Of a DNA stretch of 64,000 bases, positions 51,457 to 62,700 are shown piece by piece. The position numbers and the translations under genes are program-made. Numbering within the stretch: position 1 is the stretch's first letter; each line of letters begins with the position of its first letter. The notes under the pieces were generated by a model. The model searched no databases, was not told the DNA's origin, and saw only the letters and a list, made by a program, of their open reading frames with translations. Source of the DNA: an uncultured Gammaproteobacteria bacterium (GTDB lineage: Bacteria; Patescibacteriota; Microgenomatia; UBA8517); the NCBI GenBank assembly GCA_964635715.1, contig CAZWNZ010000001.1:248122-312121 (forward strand), read 5' to 3'.

Positions 51457-51635
51457 TAGTGAGTGGACTCGCCGGGAATTGTGTGCACAATATCACACCC
51501 GAGCACTATCGATTCCCAAGAGGGCACGAACTTTAGTGAGTGGACTCGCCGGGAATTGTGTGCACAATATCACACCCGAGCACTATCGATTCCCAAGAGG
51601 GCACGAACTTTAGTGAGTGGACTCGCCGGGAATTG
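51457..51635. repeat. 77-bp tandem repeat (two full copies plus 25 bp) containing the tRNA-Ala 3' end
   Basis: TAGTGAGTGGACTCGCCGGGAATTG at 51457, 51534 and 51611. Confidence 0.95.
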
Positions 51636-51688
51636 AACCCGGAACTTATCAATGCGAATGATACGGTATACCGTTTGCCTACGAGCCC
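51618..51688 (-). tRNA. tRNA-Ala(CGC)
   Basis: GGGCTCG/CGAGTCC acceptor with G3-U70; TATCA-TTCGCAT-TGATA anticodon arm; CCGGG-TTCAATT-CCCGG T-arm. Confidence 0.93.
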
Positions 51689-51897
51689 GAATCGAAACCT
51701 ATATTCTTTTGGGTATTGAACCAAATCTGGCTAGATTATATCATCTTACTTTTCCTTCTGTAAGAAGTTTTGAGCGTGCTAGGCCTCAAAGGGGATTGAC
51801 AGGGGGTGTAAAATGTGCCAAATATTTTATATATAGTATTAAGTATTTGTAAATACTTGTAAAAACAAAGCCATGATCCTTTGTAAAAACTGCCAAA

Positions 51898-53745
51898 ATG
51901 CCCAAAAATACATATACAGTTAAAGAGGTTGCCAATCTTCTGGAATTTTCTACAAATACAGTTTACAAGTATCTTGATGATGGCAGTATTAAGTCGGTTC
52001 GTTTTGGGAGTGAGGGCCGATTCAGGATTCCCAGGACAGAAGTCGAACGTCTTCTTCAAGAGAGAGGGAAAACTTTACCTGAAGATTCAACCATATCAAA
52101 AAACCAAAATTTACATGGAATAAGAGGAATCCCTAGTTTATTTGATTGGTTTGTTGCATTTTTATCTATTTCGATAGGGTTTTCAATTTTTATCTTTCCT
52201 GTTCCAAGCGCTGTTCGGGTGGTCTTTGATCTAAATAAGTTTGTCATTCCGCTTCAGGTGATTTTATTGCTTGGTGGTTTTCTCATCTTGGTCTTGGATA
52301 TGTTTAGGATGCATGACAGCCGCCTACGCAAATCTATAAATTTAATTGTTGGAATTGACTACTTGGTAACAGCTCTTGTGTTTGCTTTTGCGGACAATTT
52401 TCCCTTGACCGTCGGTTATTTGGCGGTTGCATTTATTGTTATATTGTCAGTTTTTATAAAAATGGGCCAATATACAAGATTTCTGCTTTTTATAAACCTA
52501 TTGCTTGTTTTTCTGGGGATAGGAGTTTTGGGTTGGCCTGATACGTTTTTTCTTGCCGGTGTAATCGGAGTAAATTCAAAAAACTTAATAATTTTCTTTT
52601 CGATATGGTCACTTTTGATGATATTTAATGTTTACATGACATATTTTGCAATCAGAAAAAATAAACACCTTGTTTGGTTTCTTGCATTTCCAACAGCTCT
52701 AACATCTCTTTTGTATGCAACGATTAGTTTTACACAAGGGCTTTGGGCTAAGGCGATTTATTGTGTTGTTTTGTCGTCTTTTGCCGTAATTTTCCCCTTT
52801 GCTGACGAATTTGAAGCATTTACTCTGAAGTCAAAAAAAGAGGTGGCTGCCAGTTTTGCATGGCTTCTTGGTCTTTTCCTGGTCGGATCACTCATGCTTT
52901 ACTATATCTTTCGTTCATTTCAAAGTTATGGCTTCTTAGAACTGACTAATAGAGTCGATACCGCTAGTGATATTGTCACAAATTTCATGGATGGAAATAT
53001 CGCAAAGATCTCTGCATTTGCTGTCGACGAGGAGTTGATCGGTGCTATAGAAAACTATTCCGGGGACAATATCAATTTGGCAAATAATAAATTGAAACAA
53101 CTATACCAAGCGTCCAATTGGTCGATTCGAAGAGTGGTGTTAGTTGATAAGAACGGGATAATTCTCGATACATATCCTCTGAACCCATCAAGTCAGGGTG
53201 TAGATATTAGTAAACGTGACTATTTTGAAAGCGTTAAGGTAGGTGGTCAAACTTTCGTGTCGGGGATCGAGCAACCAAGCTCATCAGGACTCAGCCCTGT
53301 GGTTTTGGTTTCAGTTCCCATAATCGATTCTAGCGGAGATTTTTTGGGAGTTGTTATGGGAGATACCGATTTGGATGAACTTACAAGAAGAGTTAATCAA
53401 ATTAAATTTGGACAAAGTGGAAGTTATTTATTAGTAGATCAATTGGGTAAATATATCATTCCACCAACTAAGGATCAGATAATGGCAAAAGCCTCTGCCG
53501 GAAGTCCCGCATCGATGGTAGTTTTGGGTGAAAAAGGTACTTTGCAAGGAGAAGATTCTTTGGGAGAACTTTCTTTAATTGCCTATGTAAAAGTTAATAA
53601 ATACAGTTGGGGTATAGTGGCTCAACAACCGGTTGATGAGGCATTCAATCCATATAGCAAAACTGTCTTTATCACGTTTCTGATATATGTAACAGCAGGG
53701 GTAGGAAGTTTAATTCTTGTATTTTCGTCACAGAGAAAGCAATAA
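51898..53745 (+). CDS. excisionase-like HTH fused to a polytopic membrane region and a dCache domain
   Basis: YTVKEVANLL...TVYK...G...FRIP; about ten TM helices; DISKRDYF, SVPI, G...YLLVD and WGIV motifs. Confidence 0.85.
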   Translation: MPKNTYTVKEVANLLEFSTNTVYKYLDDGSIKSVRFGSEGRFRIPRTEVERLLQERGKTLPEDSTISKNQNLHGIRGIPSLFDWFVAFLSISIGFSIFIFPVPSAVRVVFDLNKFVIPLQVILLLGGFLILVLDMFRMHDSRLRKSINLIVGIDYLVTALVFAFADNFPLTVGYLAVAFIVILSVFIKMGQYTRFLLFINLLLVFLGIGVLGWPDTFFLAGVIGVNSKNLIIFFSIWSLLMIFNVYMTYFAIRKNKHLVWFLAFPTALTSLLYATISFTQGLWAKAIYCVVLSSFAVIFPFADEFEAFTLKSKKEVAASFAWLLGLFLVGSLMLYYIFRSFQSYGFLELTNRVDTASDIVTNFMDGNIAKISAFAVDEELIGAIENYSGDNINLANNKLKQLYQASNWSIRRVVLVDKNGIILDTYPLNPSSQGVDISKRDYFESVKVGGQTFVSGIEQPSSSGLSPVVLVSVPIIDSSGDFLGVVMGDTDLDELTRRVNQIKFGQSGSYLLVDQLGKYIIPPTKDQIMAKASAGSPASMVVLGEKGTLQGEDSLGELSLIAYVKVNKYSWGIVAQQPVDEAFNPYSKTVFITFLIYVTAGVGSLILVFSSQRKQ

Positions 53746-53785
53746 ACCGACAAATAAATTGGAAAAACAAAAGTTAAAAAATAAA

Positions 53786-56700
53786 ATGGCGGGAAAAAAG
53801 GAAAAATATCAAGCGGGAATAACACCGCTTTTAGTTTTAATAACAGTGGCAACATCTTCAATCCTGGTGTTTACCGGTGGATTAACGTTTAATAATTTGA
53901 AAAACAAGGGAATATTAAATTTTACGGATCCAACTCTTAGAAATATTATTAGCCAACAAGCTGATTATTTGGATTCCTCCAAGCTTAACAAGTCACGCAT
54001 TGAAGGAGGCCTTGTTGGAACAGTACTTTTGCCGGACGGATCATACTCGGCTTATAAGATTCTGGATGGGAACATAGAAAGTAAAGGATCGAAGTTTACC
54101 GGTGAGGTAAGGATTTCATTTTTTTCCGATGATGTAGGGCTTAGTAATTACACAGACGGAAACATTAACCCATTTTATTTAATGGATGGGACTAAAACGG
54201 TGGGGGTAATTGTAGACAGGATGCTTGCGAATTTGAACGATGGGGATACAAGTCATGCAATTAAAATATTAAAAGGAACCGTTAAAAACAATTCTCTTAC
54301 AGGAGAATTTGTAGCCCAGACGTTGGATACAGGATATTATATTGGAGGTTTTGTTGAGGATGATGGTCGAATAACGAGTGCTACAGTACTCACCGGTGCT
54401 CCGAGGCTTACGGAAGCTCAGATTTCGATAGCAGAAAATGCTCTTTCAGTTCTGCCTTTATTTAAAAATGTTACCGCTGACCTTGCCACACCTAGCGATG
54501 CCAACATTTTAGGAGAGTCAACCATTGCTACATCAAAATCTGATTTAGGGAAGCTAAATAAGCCGGTTTTTAATAAAAAAACAGGTACATGGACTTTCGT
54601 TGGGTCAGGAGATGGGGGAGCGGTTTCAACCTCTGCAATGCAGGGAGTTGTGAATTATATTCAAAATATCGCCGAAACCATTTCGACATCGCCTTCTGCA
54701 GGACAGGTTGTACAGCAAATTGTCCAGAATGTTGTTCAGGGTATAAGTGAAATAAAAAGTGCAAATTCAAAACTAACTGTATCGACAGAAAACAATGTCT
54801 CAACTCTTTCACTTGATCTATCCGGGATTACAGCATCGGGGGTAAATGACGGATCAGTTAATCCCTCAGGACTCGTTCATTCAAATACCCCCATAGACGG
54901 CCAGTGCTTGACCTACAACAGTTCTACAGGAGGTTTTACATGGAGTTCTTGCGGTTCGGGTGGAGGAGGAACAATAACCGATGTAATAGCCGGTGATGGT
55001 CTGGTGGGCGGAGGAACAACCGGAAGTATTGACTTGGCGATTAATCCGCAAACAGGCGGGGGATTGGAAGCGGCCACGTCAGGAATTTCTTTAAACAGAG
55101 AATGTGCAGATGGAGAAATTCTGAAATGGACAGAAAGCACCTCCTCTTGGGATTGTGCTGCAGACAACGGAGGAGTGGGGGGGGGAGTTTCAACTCTCCA
55201 AGTTGACGACTCGACCATTGTTTCGTCAGCAACTGTGATTGATTTTTTGGGTTCAGATTTTGATTTAACAAATTCGCCGACTGGTGAGGGTAATTTGTCA
55301 ATTGACTACACTAACTCCAAAATAGTCAGAAGTGATCAAAATCAATCAATAAACGGCACCTGGACATTCTCTACGGCTCCTGTTATCTCAACAATTTCAA
55401 ATACTGGAGTCCTGACGCTTCCGACTTCAACAGATACTCTTGTAGGCAGAAATACCAGCGACATATTGACCAATAAAACAATCACAGCGGGATCAAATAC
55501 TATTTCGGGTCTTACAGCAAGTAATCTAACCGCCGGTGATTTTTCGACTAAGATTAATTCCGGTACTTATTCAATTAATATTTCGGGCAATGCCGGAACT
55601 GTTACAAATGGTATTTATACAACAGGAAGTTATTCCAACCCTTCCTGGATCACAAGTCTTTCTCCTGCAAAAGTTCTTCCCGACCAAACAGGAAACAATG
55701 GAAAGGTCCTTAGTACAAATGGTTCGGCTTTGTCCTGGATCACCGATTCTTCAGGGGTTGCCTGGGGAGCAATCACAGGGACTTTGTCAGACCAGACAGA
55801 TTTAAATACAGCCCTTTCAGGAAAACTTTCAACAACTGGATCTGCCGCCAATTTGACCAATTTCCCGACATTCAATCAAAACACAACTGGAACTGCAAGT
55901 AATATCACAGGAGTACTTGGTGCCATATCATTTCCGGCTCTTGATGGAGATGTGACAACTATACAGGGAGATCTGACAACAACAATTGCCAGTGGGGCAG
56001 TAACTTTAGGTAAGATGTCCAGTTTGGCGGCAAATTCAATAATCGGTAATAATACGGGAAGCTCGGCAACACCGGTTGCATTAACAACCACACAAGTTAA
56101 GTCTTTGTTATCAATTGCAAATACTGATGTGTCAGGATTGGGTACAATGTCTACCCAAAATGCAAATAACATATCCATTACGGGCGGAAGCATCTCTGGG
56201 CTTAGCTCAGTTGGGGCGACTACGTTCACGGGTGCATTGACGGGTAATGCAAGTAGTGCCACAACTGCCACTACCGCAACCACAGCCAACGCTCTCGCCA
56301 ATTCAGATTCTGCGGGTCAATCCGCAATCACAGCCATTAATTCGGCTACTGCGGGCACCCTTAACACAGCACGTCTTAACTCGTCTGTTACAACCCAGGG
56401 AAATACATTTAACGGAGTTTCCCAACTGGTTAAACTTGACACATCAGGATATCTTCCGACTATTAATGGATCATTATTAACAGGACTTGCCAAATCTCAA
56501 GTTGGCCTTTCTTTAGTTGAAAATACAGCCCTTTCTACTTGGGCGGGGACTACTAATGTAAATACAATTGCGGATAAAACAGTCACTTTAGCCAGAATGG
56601 CTGATATGGCAACTGCGTCATTCCTCGGAAGAAATACTGCAGGAACAGGATCACCTGAAGTTCTATCAATTTCGACTGCTAAATCAATACTATCCCTTTC

Positions 56701-59700
56701 TACGGGTGATATTTCAGGTCTTGGAACGATGGCCACTCAAAACTCAAACAATGTTTCCATTTCCGGAGGATCTTTATCGGGTCTAACCTCAGTTGCTTCC
56801 ACCACTTTTACAGGTGCATTAACCGGAAATGCCTCAACAGTTACAAACGGAGTCTACACCAATGGTTCCTATTCAGACCCTTCCTGGATTACAGCAATAT
56901 CTCCAACTAAAGTTTTGCCAGATCAAACAGGACAAAATGGAAAAGTACTTTCAACTAACGGTTCAACTTTATCCTGGATTACCAACTCATCAGGTGTGGC
57001 TTGGGGAGCAATCACAGGGACTTTGTCAGACCAGACAGATTTAAATACAGCCCTTTCAGGAAAACTTTCAACAACTGGATCTGCCGCCAATTTGACCAAT
57101 TTCCCGACATTCAATCAAAACACAACTGGAACCGCCGCAGGACTTTCATCAGTGTTGGTTTCAACCATGGGTGGATCAGGAGTGAATAATGCTGGAACTC
57201 TAACCTGGGGAGCAGGTGGAACTTTAGGAACAGCGGCCTATACCGCCAGTACCGACTATGCAACTTCAGCCCAGGGAACATTGGCAACAAATGCATTACC
57301 ATCGGCGTCATTCACTGATGCGGCGGTTACGGGAAAACTTTTGACAGGTTACATTAGTGGTGCAGGTTCAGTTTCCGCCACCGACACAATTCTTCAAGCC
57401 ATTCAGAAACTGAACGGAAATGATGCCACAAATGCTAACTTAACGGGAGTTGTTACCTCAATCGGAAATGCAACATCCATTGCCGATGGTGCAATTACTA
57501 ATGCAATGCTTGCAAACGGTGCTGTTGCCAATCTTTCAGGCACGAACACAGGCGACAATGCGGTAAATTCCAATTACGCTTCCGATTATCGTGCAGCTAA
57601 TTTTGTTGCGGGGACAAATTATCTAACTCCTACAGGATCAGCCGCCAGCCTAACCAATTTTCCAATTCTCAACCAAGATACAACGGGGAATGCGGGAACG
57701 GTTACAAACGGGGTATATACAAGCGGCAGTTACTCAGATCCAAGCTGGATTACTTCGCTTTCACCGACAAAAGTCCTTCCTGATCAAACAGGACAAAATG
57801 GAAAAGTACTTTCAACTAACGGTTCAACTTTATCCTGGATTACCAACTCATCAGGTGTGGCTTGGGGAGCAATCACAGGGACTTTGTCAGACCAGACAGA
57901 TTTAAATACAGCTTTATCAGGCAAATTAGGTACCGGACTTACATCTGCCAACGTCTTTGTAGGTAACGGATCGGGTGTTGCGACAGGAGTTTCCATGAGT
58001 GGAGATGTAACAATTGATAATACCGGGGCTACGACTATTGGAAATTCCAAAGTTACACTTGGAAAAATTGCAAGTATTGCAAATAATACCATTCTGGGAA
58101 ATAGATCGGGTAGTGCGGCAGCACCCTCCGAACTTTCTGCGTCGGATGTTAAAAGTATTCTATCGTTGTCAACCTCTGATATCTCAGGTCTGGGAAGTAT
58201 GGCAACTCAGAACGCAAATAGCGTTTCTATATCAGGTGGATCTTTATCAGGTCTTACTTCAGTTGCTGCAACTACATTCACAGGTGCTCTGACGGGCAAT
58301 GCATCTACTGTTACAGGTCTTTCCGTCACAAGCGGCAAGACCTTAACTGTCCAAAAATCAATGACACTTACATCAGCCGATGACACAGGTGTCTACACAT
58401 TCCCAACAGGAACAGCCACACTTCTTTCAACAACAGGATCAGCAGCCAGCCTTACAGACTTCCCAACATTTAATCAAAATACAACAGGTACTGCTGCAAA
58501 TATCACGGGAGTTTTGGGTGCAAGTTCTTTCCCAGCCATGTCAGGCGATGTTACAAACACACAAGGAAGTTTAACTACGGCCATTACTTCCGGGGCGGTC
58601 ACTTTAGGCAAAATGGCTAATTTAGCAGCCAACTCCATCATAGGCAACAATACCGGGAGTCCTGCAACACCTGTTGCTCTTACCAATACTCAAGTTAAGA
58701 CCCTTCTTTCTATCGCCAATACCGATGTTTCAGGCCTTGGAACAATGTCTACCCAAAACTCCAACAATGTCTCAATCACAGGCGGCTCATTATCTGGTCT
58801 TACATCGGTTTCTGCAACAACATTTACCGGTGATTTAACAGGTAATGCCGGAACTGTTACAAATGGAGTTTATACAAATGGTTCGTATTCAGATCCTTCT
58901 TGGATCACAGCTCTTTCCCCAACAAAAGTCCTTCCTGATCAAACAGGACAAAACGGAAAAGTATTGGGTACTGACGGATCCAATCTTTCTTGGGTAACCA
59001 ACTCATCAGGTGTGGCCTGGGGAGCAATCACAGGAACATTATCCGATCAAACAGACTTAAATACCGCATTGGGGCTAAAAGCAAATACTTCCAGTCTTGG
59101 GACAATTTCTTCTCAAAATGCTAATGCAGTTAACGTCACAGGGGGAACAATCGCCGGACTGACAGGATTTTCAATCAGATCATCAGGTTCAGGTGCTTTT
59201 GATTTAACGATAAACAATACCGAAAACTTGACGGCAGGTCGGGCTCTTACAATTACAACAGGAGACGCTGCAAGAACTTTGACATTGACGGGCGACTCAA
59301 GTATTTCAGGCACGAACACAGGTGATAATGCGGTAAATTCCAATTACGCTTCCGATTATCGTGCAGCTAATTTTGTTGCAGGAACGGATTATTTAGCACC
59401 GAGTGGAAGCGCTGCCAGTCTCACTAATTTCCCGACATTCAATCAAAACACAACTGGAACCGCAAGTAATATCACAGGAGTACTTGGTGCCACATCATTC
59501 CCGGCTCTTGATGGAGATGTGACAACTATACAGGGAGATCTGACAACAACAATTGCCAATGGGGCAGTTACCTTAGGCAAAATGGCTAACCTTGCCGCAA
59601 ACTCAATAATAGGAAATAACACGGGAGACCCGGCAACACCAATCGCTCTGACTGCTACTCAGGTAAAATCTCTTCTTTCCATTGCAAATACTGATATTTC

Positions 59701-62700
59701 CGGATTGGGGACCATGTCTACCCAAAATTCCAACAATGTTTCAATTTCTGGAGGTTCATTATCTGGTCTTACTTCCGTTTCGGCTACAACATTTACAGGG
59801 GCACTAACTGGAAATGCCAGTTCAGCAACTACTGCCACAACTGCGACAACCGCAAACGCTTTGGCAAACACCGATTCCGCAGGACAATCTGCTATTACAG
59901 CAATCAATTCAGCTACAAGCGGAACGATTAACGCTTCAAGAATTGCATCTCTCCCATATATTTCAACAACCTTAAATTCCGGAAATGTATTAGTAGGGAA
60001 TGGAAGCAATGTTGCAACGGGTGTATCAATGAGCGGGGATGTAACGATTGACAACACCGGAGCTACAAGTATAGGAAACGGCAAAGTAACTTTAGGAAAG
60101 ATTGCCAATATTGCAAATAGTACAATTCTTGGAAATAATTCAGGGAGTGCAGGAGCACCAATTGCATTAACAGCCTCACAAGTTAAATCGGTTCTTGGAA
60201 TATCAACAGGTGATGTATCAGGTCTTGGAACCATGGCTGCACAAAATTCCAACAGTGTTTCGATTTCTGGTGGATCGATCAGTGGTGTGACTGTTGGAGG
60301 AACCGCTACGGGGTTATCAATTTCAGGATCGTCAAACACTTTATCAAATATCGGCAACTCCAGCCTTACCAATTCTTCAGTCACAATTAACACCAGCGGG
60401 ATCCTGTCGGGCGGCGGAAGTTTATCACTTGGGGGAACTCTCAATCTTTCTGCAACCGAGGCAGATACTCTTTCTGCAGTTACAAACAGAGGAGCGTCAA
60501 CCTCTGATGGTATTACTCTTTCTTCGGCCTCTCCGTTAACTCTTTCTGATTCTGCTCCGGTCTTAACTTTGGGCACAGGTGATGCTGAAGGTGTACTAAC
60601 CATCAAAGATTCTAATGGCACACCACATACACTTTTAACTTTAACTGACATAGGTACAACTGGTAATTTGTCGGTTACAGGCACACTTAATGGAGCAACT
60701 ATCACGGGTGGTTCTTTATCGGCAACCGCAGTTAATGGAGTTACAACAGGAAATATTGTTTTGACAAGTGGTTCGTATTCCAATCCGAGCTGGATTTCAG
60801 GACTTACAGCCAGTCACCTAACGGCAGGAGATTTTTCTTCTAAAATTAATTCCGGAACTTATTCTATTGATATATCAGGAAATGCATCAACTGCAACAAC
60901 TGCAACAAGCGCAACAAGTGCAACTTCTGCCACCAGTGCAGACTCAGTTACAGGACTATCAGTTACGGCAGGCAAAACTCTTACCGTACAAAAATCTATG
61001 ACATTTACGTCCGCTGACGATACTGGGGTTTACACTCTTCCGACGGGCACAAAAACGCTTGTATCGACAGATGTTTCAACTCTTTCCTCCCTGACATCAA
61101 TCGGAACCTTAACTGATCTTACGGTGACAAATGCAATTACCGGTTCGGTTACGGGCAATGCCGGAACTGTTACAAATGGTATTTATACAACAGGAAGTTA
61201 TTCCAACCCTTCCTGGATTACAAGTCTTTCTCCTGCAAAAGTCCTTCCTGATCAAACAGGACAAAACGGAAAAGTATTGGGTACTGACGGATCCAATCTT
61301 TCCTGGGTAACCAATTCTTCAGGTGTTGCCTGGGGAGCGATAACGGGAACTCTTTCTGATCAAAGTGATCTAAATACAGCTCTTTCAGGAAAGCTTAGTA
61401 CTTCTTTAACTTCAGCCAATATCTTTGTTGGTAATGGGTCTGGAGTGGCAACAGGTGTTGCCATGAGTGGGGATATCACAATTGACAACACAGGAGCGAC
61501 AACAATTGGTAATTCCAAAATTACTCTGGGGAAGATTGCCAACATCGCAGATGGAACCATATTAGGAAATAACTCAGGAAGTAGTGGAGCTCCAATTGCT
61601 CTTACCGCGTCTCAAGTTAAATCGCTTCTTTCTATCGCCAACACCGACGTATCAGGCTTGGGGACTATGTCCACTCAAAATGCTAACAATGTCTCAATTA
61701 CAGGTGGAAGCATGTCAGGATTAACGTCTGTATCAGCAACTACATTTACAGGGGCACTAACTGGAAATGCCAGTTCAGCAACTACTGCCACAACTGCAAC
61801 AACTGCGACAACTGCAAACGCTTTGGCAAACACCGATTCCGCAGGACAGAGTGCTATTACTGCTATAAATAGTGCAACAACCGGTACTATTAATGCGGCC
61901 AGAATTGCATCTCTTCCTTATATCTCAACATCCTTGGCTTCGGCCAATATAATCGTTGGTAATGGATCAGGAGTTGCCACTGGTGTTGCCATGAGTGGAG
62001 ATATAACTATCGACAATACCGGAGCAACAACAATTGGAAACAGTAAAGTCACCCTTGGAAAGATTGCAGATATGGCAACAGCCTCATTTATTGGAAGAAA
62101 TACTACAGGAACAGGTGCTCCTGAGGTTCTTTCAGCCTCAACTGCCAAATCCATCCTTGCCATTGCCAACACAGATGTATCAGGTTTAGGGACCATGTCT
62201 ACCCAAAATGCCAATTCGGTGTCAATTTCTGGAGGATCAATCGGCGGAGTGACAATAGGAGGGACTGCATCAGGTCTTACCCTCGCCGCGGGAAGCAATA
62301 CTTTAAGTGGAATAACAGCATCCAATATGACAGCGGGGGATTTTTCGGGCGTAGTTAATACAGGAAGCTATTCCATTAATGTATCAGGTAGCGCCGGATC
62401 AGTTACGGGACTTTCTGTTACAGGAGGTAAAACTCTAACTGTTCAAAAATCTATGACATTTACGTCTGCTGACGATACTGGGGTTTACACTCTTCCGACG
62501 GGCACAAAAACACTTGTATCAACAGATGTTTCAACACTTTCTTCTTTAACTTCGGTCGGAACATTATCAACTCTGGGTGTCTCAGGTGCAATAAGCGGTG
62601 CGACTTCTACAAATACTATTAATGGAATAATTATTAATTCGGGAGCCGTCTCGGGTGTTACAACACTGGGAGCATCCAGTACTGTGACTATCGGAAGCGG

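Noticed and set aside
51457-51635. CRISPR array
   Set aside because: The intervening 52-bp segments are identical, the repeat is a tRNA 3' end, and no cas genes are present
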